In this document: positions 10,372 to 21,514 of the stretch, one piece after another | Layout of the letters: every line of letters begins with the position of its first letter | Position numbering within the stretch: position 1 is the stretch's first letter | Source: an uncultured Cytophagia bacterium | GTDB taxonomy: Bacteria > Zhuqueibacterota > Zhuqueibacteria > Thermofontimicrobiales > Thermofontimicrobiaceae | Length of the DNA: 64,000 bases | Direction of reading: 5' to 3' | NCBI GenBank assembly: GCA_964472785.1 | Contig: CAYYMH010000001.1 | Coordinates: 13,244 to 77,243 of the forward strand | The notes under the pieces: generated by a model | Told to the model about the DNA's origin: nothing | Database searches by the model: none | Seen by the model: only the letters and a program-made list of their open reading frames with translations | Position numbers and translations under genes: made by a program

Positions 10372-11547
10372 TTAATTATTCAGTTTATCCATAATGTCGA
10401 GCATAAAATCGATCTGCTTACTTTCTTCACTGTGGCTCAGCCAAAATACGGCTTTCTCCCGCAGATGGAGCTGTAAATCCGAACGAACGATTTTCATCAG
10501 ATAGCGTTTGCCTTTTTCATCTGGCATCTGGCTCAATGCAAATATGGCATATTCCTTTATGTCCGGATGCGAATCTCCTAAAATAATCTCCAGCAAGGTA
10601 TGAATTGATTTGTTATCGCTCATTTGCCCCAACCAGAAAATTGCTTCTTTTCGAACGACCGGATTTCCCAACTTTTGGGCCAAATACCGGAGAATATGTT
10701 TTGCCGGATCAGATTGCATCTCTCCCAGCGCATGGATTGCCTTTTTCTTCATATTTACATTATGGGCTTTCACTGCAATTGTTGCCAGCAATTTCACATT
10801 TTGCAAAGATTCATATTGGCCTAACCAGTAAATAGCTTTACTTTTCAGAGACTCCGTATATGAACCGTTGATCAGGCGTACGGAAAATTTGTAAAATTCT
10901 CGGGGACTGGAATGGATTGCTAAAATTCCAATTAGTTGCCCTCGTAATTTTTCATATTTCGTTTGATAAAAAAGCGCTTTCAAATATTGATAACTTTGTT
11001 TCGATTGCGTATGTCCCAACCAGATGATGGGACGATTTTCTCTTGAGAACACATCTCCTAATTGCTGATTATCAGCCTGATAAATACAGGGACGAAAAGA
11101 CTCAAGCGAACAATCCAAAATAATCGCGACATCTGATGCGTCAAATGAACTACTGCAAGAGGATTCATTTGTCTTAAAATTTAGTCCTTTATTTTTAAAC
11201 AGAGTAGATTTGTTAACAATGTCTGTTGCTTTTTGCTTACTGCTCTGAAAAAGAATTTGCTCTAATGTTCTGCAATTTTGATAATCGTACTTTCTGTTGT
11301 ATGAATCTTCCTGATTTCTGACGCTGCTCGGAATTGAATAGATAATCCAAATTTTTCGTCCGTTGTAATGTTTCAGGGCGTATTGCATAGCAGATTTAAT
11401 TTTTGTGTTAAAACTCACCTGCTCATTGCCGAGCACATTAATCACATCTTCACTATGAACATTCCCAATAAAAAAGAAGTAACCCAGCAAAATAGTTCCG
11501 ATGAAAATATTGAGAAAACAGTTCTGAACCTGAAGTTTATCCATCAT
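10372..11547 (-). CDS. HEAT-repeat (PBS-lyase-like) protein with an N-terminal signal/anchor
   Basis: repeated A(I/V)(F/Y)WLGQ-type HEAT units in the C-terminal half and a hydrophobic N-terminus. Confidence 0.7.
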   Translation of the reverse strand: MMDKLQVQNCFLNIFIGTILLGYFFFIGNVHSEDVINVLGNEQVSFNTKIKSAMQYALKHYNGRKIWIIYSIPSSVRNQEDSYNRKYDYQNCRTLEQILFQSSKQKATDIVNKSTLFKNKGLNFKTNESSCSSSFDASDVAIILDCSLESFRPCIYQADNQQLGDVFSRENRPIIWLGHTQSKQSYQYLKALFYQTKYEKLRGQLIGILAIHSSPREFYKFSVRLINGSYTESLKSKAIYWLGQYESLQNVKLLATIAVKAHNVNMKKKAIHALGEMQSDPAKHILRYLAQKLGNPVVRKEAIFWLGQMSDNKSIHTLLEIILGDSHPDIKEYAIFALSQMPDEKGKRYLMKIVRSDLQLHLREKAVFWLSHSEESKQIDFMLDIMDKLNN

Positions 11548-11627
11548 AAGAGTAGTGAATAATTTTTTAGTTTTTTTCTACTGTGGTTTTTAAACAGGGT
11601 GATAAAATTATTTGAAGAAAAAGAAAT

Positions 11628-12230
11628 TTATTCCCCACTGCCAGCGTTATCTATCGTAACAATCGTATTGTTTAATTCGTGAATACCATATTTTTTAAAA
11701 TCAACTCTCCCGATCCCATCACTTTCAAATTTCTCTCCAATGGAATGAATGTATAAATTAACGTTTTGATAGAGATTTTTTTTATGAGCAAACAAATAAA
11801 GGAAGGTATATTGTGTTTCTTTCGATTGGATAGCACGAATAAAAAGCTCATTCTCATCAACCGGGATACAGTCCAAATCCTCAATAGGTAATTTTTCACG
11901 ATTGCTGTTTGTTGAAATCAACTGACTATTGTACTGTTTTGATACAGTCGATTTTGTAGAATTTTTGGGGATGAGAATTATTCCTGCAATGTGATATTTA
12001 TCAGGTTCAAGGTTATTGATTAACTCGAAAGTCAGGCTCGATACCGGCTTTTGAAGCTCATTCCAAAAAATCGAGTAGAACCGCTGAAGCTCACAGTATT
12101 TCCCCCAACATTTATGACATAATTGAAGGTGAGAAAAGACTTGGTTACGCTCAGACAGAGACAGTTCTTTCGTAATAAAAGCTTCTAAAAGAATGTCTTC
12201 CGGGCAGTTTTTAGGATTGATTGTTTTCAT
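11628..12230 (-). CDS. putative zf-HC2 zinc-finger anti-sigma-factor-like protein; no TM segment
   Basis: N-terminal ...ELSLSERNQVFSHLQLCHKCW matches the H-x3-C-x2-C zf-HC2 pattern. Confidence 0.5.
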   Translation of the reverse strand: MKTINPKNCPEDILLEAFITKELSLSERNQVFSHLQLCHKCWGKYCELQRFYSIFWNELQKPVSSLTFELINNLEPDKYHIAGIILIPKNSTKSTVSKQYNSQLISTNSNREKLPIEDLDCIPVDENELFIRAIQSKETQYTFLYLFAHKKNLYQNVNLYIHSIGEKFESDGIGRVDFKKYGIHELNNTIVTIDNAGSGE

Positions 12231-12444
12231 AGTAAATTATAAAAATTTACAGACCCCCTACTCCTGTCACTAATAAAAAGGACTTATGCGGGATGCAGTA
12301 CGCGGAGCAGCGCTAACTCAAGATGAAAATGCTATCGTTGATTTAAATTCCCCTAAATTGCATAAGTCCCTTTCTTACTGCTTGAAAGGAATAGCTTTAA
12401 TTGTTTTTTATAATATACAATCAATCCCCTAATTTTACGTAAAA

Positions 12445-13518
12445 TTACAACAATTCTTTCAATTTATTTCTTAAAGTTTTTTTAGTTACTTTTACCAAAT
12501 ACTCAAAAATCGATCGCTCCTGTTCGCGATAGGTTTTTTGTGTTAATGTGGGAAGGTATCGATTCAGGTATTGGAAGTTGGAATCTGTTGTTTTATCCTG
12601 AGTGAATTCGATAATAAACGCTGATATTGCCTGGATATAAACATTTGCTTTTTCAGGAGTTATTTTACCCCTACCCAAATATTGATGGTGAATTTTTTGT
12701 TGAATATCCTTGATAACATCTTGATTTACTTTTTCTATTTCCTCAGTTTGCAAATCATGGATTGGTGATTTCATATCCACGTCATCGGTCAACCTTTCCT
12801 TCACATGTTGAAATGTGACTTCCCGAATAACATTAGCGATTAAATCGAGCGGTGCATATTTTTGATAATCTGGCAAGCTCATCACAATATCCATAATTTT
12901 ATCTAGCATGATAGATATCGGATCTGAAGGTAAGTATTTGTCTAAAAAGTGGTGTAGCAGAATCTTGTCAGGTATGATTCTTTTTTCGATTTCGCTAATG
13001 CTGTCGATTGTCACATCTGCTTCAATCTCCGCATCTTTGTTTAGCGGAAATACGAATTCCCTTCCCATTTGTTTAAATGATGAATATTTATCTGAATTCC
13101 GGATTGCTACCTTGATATTTCGGATAATTTTTGCTCCTTCGGGATCACGCTCTTTAAAAATTCGAGACAATTCCTGTTTTGTTTTTTTGACTATCAACCG
13201 CCTTAACATACTGTTTATTTGAAGTTCAGAGATTGTTCCCTGAATATTATTTTTATCTTCAAAATATCGACGCAATTGAACAAATTCGCCCTGTTTATTT
13301 CGCATGAAAAGCCCAGCGATACAATCTATGGCGACATCTTCGATTTCGTTTATGCCCTTCGATCTTCTGGGCCGAATCTGTTTACCGTTTAACTCCAAAT
13401 ATTTTAAATAGCTGATTGCAATTTTTTGTGAAACATCGACAAACGCAGTTAGCTCTTGCGGTGTATAACTACCATCACAAATATGACGGATTATGGGAAT
13501 TAATTTTGCAGAGTCCAT
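12445..13518 (-). CDS. hypothetical protein, 357 aa, first gene of a putative three-gene operon
   Basis: long ORF with coherent codon usage; no recognisable domain. Confidence 0.6.
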   Translation of the reverse strand: MDSAKLIPIIRHICDGSYTPQELTAFVDVSQKIAISYLKYLELNGKQIRPRRSKGINEIEDVAIDCIAGLFMRNKQGEFVQLRRYFEDKNNIQGTISELQINSMLRRLIVKKTKQELSRIFKERDPEGAKIIRNIKVAIRNSDKYSSFKQMGREFVFPLNKDAEIEADVTIDSISEIEKRIIPDKILLHHFLDKYLPSDPISIMLDKIMDIVMSLPDYQKYAPLDLIANVIREVTFQHVKERLTDDVDMKSPIHDLQTEEIEKVNQDVIKDIQQKIHHQYLGRGKITPEKANVYIQAISAFIIEFTQDKTTDSNFQYLNRYLPTLTQKTYREQERSIFEYLVKVTKKTLRNKLKELL

Positions 13519-13831
13519 AATTTTCTAATATAATTGGAATGATTATTAATCAAGGTTCATTTTTCGAGACATCTGCAAATATTATACCATTATTTGTAAT
13601 GAACTTATGGTATTTAGATAACGTAATTCATTTATTATCAATATAATATAATATTAGATTTATGTGGCTTACGAATGACGCTGTCAAAACATGAAACAAA
13701 TGTCTCATTGTAAAACAAATGCCATGTTAAGGAGTTTTCTAACGAAACGATTATTGTGGAAAACAAGTAAGATTAAAATTTCAGATATAACAGATATCAT
13801 TGATATCTCACAAGTTTATCAAAGGCGGGTA

Positions 13832-13878
13832 AAAAAACTGGCTGATCACAACTTGTGGTAATCAGCCAGCGTAAAAAA
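13832..13878 (-). terminator. intrinsic terminator downstream of the sigma-54 response regulator gene (ctggctgat...atcagccag stem, flanked by A/T runs, possibly bidirectional)
   Basis: perfect 9-bp inverted repeat plus T-tract on the minus strand. Confidence 0.55.
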
Positions 13879-13895
13879 ATGACTCACTCTGTTCC

Positions 13896-15284
13896 CTATT
13901 TATTGATTGGCAGTCCGTACTTCTTGGCTTTTCGATATATAGTAGCTCTGCCGATCCCTAATTTTTTTGCTGTTTTGGAAATATTTCCTTCATTCTCCAG
14001 CAATGCCTGCCTCAAAGCCTCTTCTTCTAACTTTTCAATCCAGCTGGAAAGCGTATTGTCAGATTCGTAAATTTTCTTTTCCCCAATCGAACGGACAGCA
14101 GCAGGAATATCTTTGACATGAATCTGGTCGGTACTCGCTAAAACAACCGCGCGCTCGATAGCGTTTTCCAGTTCCCGCACATTACCAGGCCAACTGTATG
14201 ACATCAACAGCTCCAGGGCGTCCGGTGAAATACTGTCAATTTTCTTTCCTTCCTGTTCTGAATATTTATTTAAAAAATAGGCAGCTAATAACGGAATATC
14301 TTCTCTGCGATCTCTAATCGGAGGTAATTTTATGGGAAACACAGCCAATCGGTAATACAAATCTTCGCGAAACTCATTTTTCTTCATTGCCGCTTCCAAA
14401 TCCTGATTCGTCGCTGAAATAATCCGTACATCCACTTCAATCAAATCAGACCCGCCGACTCGTTCAAACTTTCTTTCCTGAATAACCCGCAGAACCTTTG
14501 ACTGTGTCGCCGGAGACATTAAGCCGATTTCGTCAAGAAAAATGGTGCCGCCGTCTGCCTGCTCGAATTTTCCGACCCTGCGAGCTTGCGCACCTGTAAA
14601 CGATCCTTTTTCATGACCGAACAATTCACTCTCCAAAAGCGTCTCCGGCAGGGCAGAACAATTCACTGCCACAAAGGGTTTATCAGATCTGGTTTTGCTG
14701 TTATAATGAATCGCCCTGGCAATGAGCTCCTTACCGGTACCACTCTCTCCCTGAATCAATACAGTAACATTACTGTTGACAACCTTATCGACGGCTTTGA
14801 ATACCTCCTGCATTTTACCGCTTTGTCCGATGATATTTTCATATTCGTATTTCTTTTTGATTTCCTGCCGCAGCTCATATAGTTCACGTTCCAAAGAACT
14901 TCGCATCAACGTATTTTTCACAGTAATTTTAAGCAGGTCTTTATTCTTAAAAGGTTTTTCGAGATAATCAAATGCGCCGAGTTTCATTGATTCAACGGCT
15001 TTTTCAATCAATCCGAGCCCGGAGATCATCACCACAGGGATTCTCGGGTCGTATTCTTTTATTCGTTTTAATGTTTCAATCCCATCAATACCGTCTGGCA
15101 TCTGAATATCCAGCAGTATCAGATCCGGGATTTGATCGCGGAGATATTTTAAACAGGCCTCTCCGCTGGTCAAGGTCGATATTTTATAATTTTTTTCTGA
15201 TTTCAAATACTCCTGAATCAGTTTTCCAATATGTTTCTCGTCATCAACAATAAGAATTTGATATATTTTTTCTGAGGTTGACAC
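13896..15284 (-). CDS. sigma-54-dependent two-component response regulator (NtrC/Fis family: receiver + AAA+ + Fis HTH)
   Basis: receiver domain with conserved Asp, Walker [24 protein letters not shown] motif, C-terminal HTH. Confidence 0.9.
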   Translation of the reverse strand: MSTSEKIYQILIVDDEKHIGKLIQEYLKSEKNYKISTLTSGEACLKYLRDQIPDLILLDIQMPDGIDGIETLKRIKEYDPRIPVVMISGLGLIEKAVESMKLGAFDYLEKPFKNKDLLKITVKNTLMRSSLERELYELRQEIKKKYEYENIIGQSGKMQEVFKAVDKVVNSNVTVLIQGESGTGKELIARAIHYNSKTRSDKPFVAVNCSALPETLLESELFGHEKGSFTGAQARRVGKFEQADGGTIFLDEIGLMSPATQSKVLRVIQERKFERVGGSDLIEVDVRIISATNQDLEAAMKKNEFREDLYYRLAVFPIKLPPIRDRREDIPLLAAYFLNKYSEQEGKKIDSISPDALELLMSYSWPGNVRELENAIERAVVLASTDQIHVKDIPAAVRSIGEKKIYESDNTLSSWIEKLEEEALRQALLENEGNISKTAKKLGIGRATIYRKAKKYGLPINK

Positions 15285-15884
15285 GTTAATCTCCTAAAAA
15301 ATGACCATTTAATTTTAAATGAAAGTAACAAAAATTATATTAATTTTCAAGCACTTTTTACACTTTGATAAAAATATGTAACATTCAGACTTTGATATTA
15401 GATTGAAAAAAAAGTTACCGAGATTAAATCAATTGTTATACGAACGACTGAATTTCTTTCCCCATTTCTTAATTCAACTTATTGATCAAAAAAATTCTTC
15501 CGATTTAGGCAAGAGAGCCAAGTTTGTCATGTCACATCATACAGGTAAAATCGAAGTTGTCGGTAAAACAACAAACCATCTTTTCCTACGATATCATCGT
15601 GCAGCAAATCCGGACGAAAAATCTACATTCATCGTCTTGAAAAAGCAATCCGGCAGCATATCGTTTTGTTGATTAGGAGAAATCAGTGGGTGAGTGCTAT
15701 TTCGAAAATCCCTTTATCAACATATCTGCAGCTTAACAAATAAATCAAGGAAAAGATAATGGTTTCAGAACTTGAGGCTCTCGAAGGTGGTTAGCGAGGC
15801 GCTAATGATAGCGCCTTCTTTCTGCTTCTTCGTCAATAGGTCTTACAATATTTTCAATTTACTGTCTCTAAATTGATCAAATTC

Positions 15885-18800
15885 TCATTTAATAAACCCT
15901 TTACTATCCAGATAAGCCTCACACCGCGTAATGATGCCGGCATCATTTCCGTGTTCATCAAATTGTAGCGTCAAATATGGTTTTGTAGCAGCTTCACTGA
16001 TATAATGTTTAATATATGAATCGGGGCCGCACTTAAAGTTGGTAATGTAGATCAAATGAAAATTATCGAATTGGCTTGTCCAACGTGCAGTTCGGATGAT
16101 TTTTTTGCCATAATTCCAATACATGTTATCGTTGATGTCTGAAATATCGATCCCGTTAGTGTCAATAAAATCAATTGGGATCACATTAATACCATACTGT
16201 TTTCGAAGTGTCGTCGGTATATTTATATTGATCATTTTGTCATAGAGATTGTAGGGACGGCCTAATAATACAATTGCTTTTTCCTTTTGGGTTATAATCT
16301 GCTCAATTTCATTTTTACCAACTTTAATGAGCTCGCGTTGAAAATCATACAATGCCTCATAGGCAGCCCCAACCGCGCTGTCGCTTTTGTGTTTGGACAC
16401 GCCAAGACATTTTGCTAATTTTTGGAAGGATTGTTTCACCGAATTTTTCCCAAGCCGGAAACGAATGGTGGGGTAGAGTAATTTCTCGCGGTACGGAATA
16501 AACTTGGGCGTCGCTTGAATGACGTAACACAATGTCTGTCCCCAGGGACAAAAGAAGCTGTTAACCTGGCTTTCTTTCGATTCTGCATCGATCATATTCG
16601 GAACAAAGATAAAATCAACATTCTTGCGGATCAAGTCATTTATGTGCCCGTGAGCCACCGTGAGCGGAAAACAAGGTTCAGCCACGCGGGTCTCGATTCC
16701 ATCATTGATGATTTTCCGGTTAGTTTCATCCGATAAAATCACCCTGTAGCCGATGTGTTTAAAATAGGTGCTCCAGAAAGGGAGCTGATCATAATAATAT
16801 AATGCCCGGGGAATTCCCACAGTTGGACCGACATGTTGCGTCTTCTCAATTGTGCGTAACAATAATCGTTCTCTCAGTGCAATCAGATCCTCAACGACCG
16901 GATCACGTTCTACCCTTGCTTCCTTCCGGTATTTTTCAGAACATTTATCACCCCAGTATGTCTTTTTACCTTCGACATTAAATTCCTGAATGTCACAGTA
17001 ATTCGTGCAACCCTTGCAGGTAAAAGATCGCAATGTATAATGAATATCGTTTAAGTTGAAGCCATTGAATTTCGTTGCTGTCTTTTTCCGCACCATGTTT
17101 TCCTGTGCCAGCAAAGCCGCGCCAATGGCGCCAAGTATGCCGTTGAATGGCGGGACGATGATCTTTTTTTTCAATATCATTGAAAAAGCGGCGGCGACTG
17201 CGTCATTATAGGCTGTCCCGCCCTGAAAAAATATCACGTCTCCGATTTTCCGTCCCCTAACAACACGATTGAGATAATTTGTCACAATAGAATAGGCCAA
17301 TCCGGCAATAATATCTTTTTTATCCGCTCCCCGCTGGAGAAATGGGATGATTTCCTTTTCCATAAAAACAGTACACCGTTCACCCAGACGGATCGGATGC
17401 TCTGCCTGAAAAGCCAGTTCAGCAAATTCCTGCTTAATATTGATATCCAGCTTTTCTGCCTGTTCCTCAAGGAACGAACCTGTTCCCGCTGCACAGGCTT
17501 CATTCATGGTGAAATCGACCACAACACCTTCTTCAATCGAAATATATTTTGAGTCCTGCCCGCCGATGTCGAATATGGTATCTACTTTTTGCTGATTTAA
17601 ACTCTTGCTGATGTGCAGCGCACCTGTTTTGTGAGCGGTTATTTCGTCTTTTACAATATCCGCATTGACCAATTCACCAATCAATTCTCTGCCCGATCCG
17701 GTTGTCCCAACCCCTTGTATTTCAATCTTATCGCCGATCTCTCTTTCAATTTCATGTAATCCCTGGCTTACAACTTCGATGGGGCGCGCTTTGGTTTTCG
17801 TATAAATTCCTTTCAGGACATTACCCGCTCGGTCGATAACAACTAACTTAGTTGTCACAGAACCAATATCGATTCCTAAAAATGATACTATTTTTTCTTT
17901 TTCGCTTTTCACCGAAATCGGATGAACCTGATTCCGAAGCAAAATCGTGTTGTCTTTTTTTAAAGGCTTTAATGTTTCAAATTTTTGGGCCGGCGGAATC
18001 AGTTGCTGGAGGTTTTCTTTGAAGTTTGCCACTTTCAGGTTCGAGGACTTTTTTAAGGACAAGAGGGCAGTGCCGATTGCTTCCATCCAGTTATGTAATT
18101 TTGGAACGAAAAAAATATCATCATCTTTGGCAATTGTCTGTCTTAAAGCGGAAACGATTCCTTCATTGGCTGCGACACCACCGATAAATGCGATCTTCGG
18201 CACGATCGGTTTTCCTTTGACGATAGTCCCTCTGAAATTTCGCACCACAGCTTCACATAAGCCCCGCAAAATTTCAGGTGGTTGGTACCCTTTTTGCTGG
18301 GCGTGGATCATATCAGATTTTGCAAAAACAGAACACCGGCCGGCGATACTGGCAGGTTTTCCTGCCTGGCGAACAATATCGCCCACTTCTTCGATTCGAT
18401 AAAGCAACCTCGATGCTTGCTGATCAATAAAAGAACCAGTTCCAGCCGCACATTCACCGTTCACTTCATAATCCACAATGCCTGTCATGCCGGTATCATC
18501 TGCTCGCTGAAGCAGAATATACTTTGAACTGTCTCCTCCCATTTCCAGAACAGTCTTTACATCCGGATGCAAGAATCCCATCGCCAAAGCTATAGCTTGA
18601 AATTCATTTTGGTACGGCAACTTCAAAGCAGCGGCAATCAATTTCCCGTTTGATCCTGTCACAGATAGATTGACCAGTTTGTTGTCCGGTAATCGCTCAA
18701 TAATTTCTTGCAATAATCTGATGGTCGTTCGTAACGGTGCGCCCATGGTCCGCTTATACCGCGTAACCACAACAACCATTTTTGCGTCATTGATAAATAT

Positions 18801-18950
18801 TCTTTTAAATTTCGGCTCAAATAAACCAGGATGAGATTTTTGAATTTTTATCAATGTATTTTCGTTTTGAAGGTGAGTTAACAGGGAGATTTTACTGCTA
18901 ATTGCGCCGACATCGATACCGATAAAAAAAACATTTTCATTCGGTGACAC
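15885..18950 (-). CDS. acyl-CoA dehydratase activase-related fusion protein: two tandem BadF/BadG/BcrA/BcrD-type ATPase domains plus a C-terminal DUF2229 / HgdB-like domain
   Basis: two ASKH-fold ATPase modules (CAAGTGSF..., GIDIGS/GIDVGA glycine loops) and a 1021-aa architecture. Confidence 0.75.
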   Translation of the reverse strand: MSPNENVFFIGIDVGAISSKISLLTHLQNENTLIKIQKSHPGLFEPKFKRIFINDAKMVVVVTRYKRTMGAPLRTTIRLLQEIIERLPDNKLVNLSVTGSNGKLIAAALKLPYQNEFQAIALAMGFLHPDVKTVLEMGGDSSKYILLQRADDTGMTGIVDYEVNGECAAGTGSFIDQQASRLLYRIEEVGDIVRQAGKPASIAGRCSVFAKSDMIHAQQKGYQPPEILRGLCEAVVRNFRGTIVKGKPIVPKIAFIGGVAANEGIVSALRQTIAKDDDIFFVPKLHNWMEAIGTALLSLKKSSNLKVANFKENLQQLIPPAQKFETLKPLKKDNTILLRNQVHPISVKSEKEKIVSFLGIDIGSVTTKLVVIDRAGNVLKGIYTKTKARPIEVVSQGLHEIEREIGDKIEIQGVGTTGSGRELIGELVNADIVKDEITAHKTGALHISKSLNQQKVDTIFDIGGQDSKYISIEEGVVVDFTMNEACAAGTGSFLEEQAEKLDINIKQEFAELAFQAEHPIRLGERCTVFMEKEIIPFLQRGADKKDIIAGLAYSIVTNYLNRVVRGRKIGDVIFFQGGTAYNDAVAAAFSMILKKKIIVPPFNGILGAIGAALLAQENMVRKKTATKFNGFNLNDIHYTLRSFTCKGCTNYCDIQEFNVEGKKTYWGDKCSEKYRKEARVERDPVVEDLIALRERLLLRTIEKTQHVGPTVGIPRALYYYDQLPFWSTYFKHIGYRVILSDETNRKIINDGIETRVAEPCFPLTVAHGHINDLIRKNVDFIFVPNMIDAESKESQVNSFFCPWGQTLCYVIQATPKFIPYREKLLYPTIRFRLGKNSVKQSFQKLAKCLGVSKHKSDSAVGAAYEALYDFQRELIKVGKNEIEQIITQKEKAIVLLGRPYNLYDKMININIPTTLRKQYGINVIPIDFIDTNGIDISDINDNMYWNYGKKIIRTARWTSQFDNFHLIYITNFKCGPDSYIKHYISEAATKPYLTLQFDEHGNDAGIITRCEAYLDSKGFIK

Positions 18951-19131
18951 CTTTTCCTGACCTCCATATTAAACAAAGAGGAAAACAGTTTCTACTGATT
19001 TCCTCGATAAAATTCATCCGATGAACTCGTCTGATCCTTGAATCTGTAATAACACAATTTCAGTGCATGTTAAAAATAATCGAGCGATATTTTTTAGACG
19101 TACCCCTGTGACTAACGCATGGGATGAATCA

Positions 19132-20175
19132 TCAAGCTATTTCCAAAAAATCCAACAATGACAATTCCGGTTTCAGCATTAGCGGGGCAATAAAATTCTG
19201 TTGCTCCGGCGTTTTTTCAGTGATGACCAATAATGCGCTGACCGGATGTTCCAGCGCGAGCTCCTGAAGGAATTGAAAATATTTATTATCGCCAGTACCT
19301 CTTCCTAAAAGCGTCCTCTGTACCTGCAGAAAATCTTGTTCAGACTTTGCCGAGCTCAATTGCTGTACTGCATTTTTATAATTTTGCACAAAATCATTAA
19401 AACGTGTTATCCCTCCGGAAAATCGAACCGCTAACTGCTTGTAAAAACTTCTTCGCAATTTTCCGGAGCTCAAAAATCCTTCAATTCGATTAAATAGATT
19501 TTTATCATCAATTAAGTACTGAATACCAAAATCCAAAATTTCTTTAAACAGATTTTGATCAATATATTTGGAATATTTACGCATCGCCTCCGCATCTTCG
19601 TAGTGCAATGTGAGCGCCAACTTTTGGAATTGATTCCCGAATGGATTCTTCAACTTCAAAGCTTTAAATAGCATCTCAACCGCGGCAGCCACTTTTTCCT
19701 CAAAATCGCTCTGCTCCCCCTCACCAGAGCGAAGCTGTTTTGACTGAAGCAACTGAATCGTTTCATTTAAAAACTGATTTACGTACTTATCCAACTGATT
19801 ACACGCTTTAAATGCTGAATGCGCATCTCTGTAGTGTCCCAACTCAATTGCCCGTACACCTAAATCGGATAAGAACGTATCAGGTAGCGGTACTTGCTGG
19901 GCGCGGAGCTGGTTTCCATATTTTTCATTCAACACTTTGTAAATGTTATCCAGTTCAGCACTTTTTTCTTCAGACAACAAATCCGAATCAACCCAGTTTC
20001 GGGAAGCGAACATTTGCAACGCAGCAATGTCATTTTTTTTAACGGCTAAATATGCGTGTGAATTTGGATTAATAAAATGATAAGGAATTGAGTAATCACC
20101 GTATAAATAGGCAATGCAGAGCAAATGAAGCTCCAGTTCAAACGGATCATTTATTTGATGATAATTGGCAAACAA
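19132..20175 (-). CDS. hypothetical protein, 347 aa
   Basis: long ORF; no recognisable motif. Confidence 0.5.
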   Translation of the reverse strand: MFANYHQINDPFELELHLLCIAYLYGDYSIPYHFINPNSHAYLAVKKNDIAALQMFASRNWVDSDLLSEEKSAELDNIYKVLNEKYGNQLRAQQVPLPDTFLSDLGVRAIELGHYRDAHSAFKACNQLDKYVNQFLNETIQLLQSKQLRSGEGEQSDFEEKVAAAVEMLFKALKLKNPFGNQFQKLALTLHYEDAEAMRKYSKYIDQNLFKEILDFGIQYLIDDKNLFNRIEGFLSSGKLRRSFYKQLAVRFSGGITRFNDFVQNYKNAVQQLSSAKSEQDFLQVQRTLLGRGTGDNKYFQFLQELALEHPVSALLVITEKTPEQQNFIAPLMLKPELSLLDFLEIA

Positions 20176-20860
20176 TCTTTAACCTCCGATAATGAACAAA
20201 TGTAGTACATTTTAAAATTTAGATATTATCTGAACGAAAACACTTTTTTGTTTAAGAAATTGATATTTTCAAATTTGCCTAAACTTACCTCATCCCATCT
20301 CCCCTTCTCCTGGAAGTAGAAAGGAGATTCCTATTCTGGAACTGTATCAAAAGTCCCGATGCAAAATGTTTAGCCCAATTCGTAGCAGCGAATTTATTAG
20401 CTCCACACAATATATGGTATTTGACGAATAAATTCGTCACTACAAATTCACCTTTGATACAGCCCCATAGATGAAGTCTATTATGGTATTTTCGGTCAGG
20501 CAATAGATAGTAAATATACCACAACCACAGCTAATAATCAAGTAAAAAAACAGACGCCATCAAATCAGAAAAGGAAAACTGGAATCAACGATAAATTTTT
20601 TTGAAAAATATCAAAAATACTTGACATTCTAATTTTTTTTTACTTTATTGAGTCATCTTTTTATAATTTGATCTAACTAAATTAATAGAACAAAACAATT
20701 GAATCAAATAACATGCTGCGATATTGATCCGGTTTAATCAGCATGATTTTGCAGAGTAGGCGTCTTAAATTCATTTTGAGGAAAACCTCGAAACATAGTT
20801 TCGCTACAATTGATAATCACCGCATAAGCGCTATTCGTCACTCATAAAAGGGAGAACAAA

Positions 20861-21205
20861 ATGTCTTTCAAAAAAACAACAAAAAGTGGCATCACTTTTA
20901 TAAAGATTGAAAATGATCGATTGGACTCAACTATTGCCTCTGACTTAAAAACCGAACTATTACTGATTGTGGACGATGGGGCAAAAAACGTTGTCGTTGA
21001 TCTGACCGAAGTCAATTATGCAGACAGTTCAGGTCTCGGGGCGCTGCTATTTGGTCTCAGGCAACTGAAAAATTTGGGCGGTAAACTGTCGCTATTAAGA
21101 GCGAATAAAAAGATCATGAATCTGATCCGTATTGCCAGATTGGAAGATATTCTTGTTAATTTCCAAAATGAGAACGAAGCACTCGAGAACATTAAATACG
21201 AATAG
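20861..21205 (+). CDS. STAS-domain anti-sigma-factor antagonist (SpoIIAA/RsbV-like). Orphan
   Basis: VVDLTEVNYADSSGLGALL motif including the phosphorylatable serine context. Confidence 0.8.
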   Translation: MSFKKTTKSGITFIKIENDRLDSTIASDLKTELLLIVDDGAKNVVVDLTEVNYADSSGLGALLFGLRQLKNLGGKLSLLRANKKIMNLIRIARLEDILVNFQNENEALENIKYE

Positions 21206-21514
21206 CAGCTAAAGATTTTCGCATTAAATTATAAAAGATAAAAAGCGTTGGACTGTAAGTGCATCAGTGGGTCTGCTGATTTTATTATTTTCTTCCTTAT
21301 ATGCAGTGCGCATGGATTGGAAAACGATTCAACAGATATTTTTCTGAACATTTGTCGAATGTTAAACAATTGGCGAACACAATTAAATCCAATACAGTAA
21401 ATAAACCATCGAACTATTTCCCTCCAAAAAGCATATAATATTATCAAATAAAACTTGTTTCTTTTGTTACTTAAAGTTATCTTTCAAAAACGATAAATTT
21501 CAACATAGAGAATA

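Noticed and set aside
15403-15672. 89-aa ORF in the 600-bp gap between the sigma-54 regulator and the activase gene
   Set aside because: No RBS, no motif and atypical composition. Kept only as an unlikely candidate.
20285-20524. 79-aa minus-strand ORF in the 680-bp intergenic region
   Set aside because: Low-complexity, no RBS. The region is more likely a divergent promoter/leader region.
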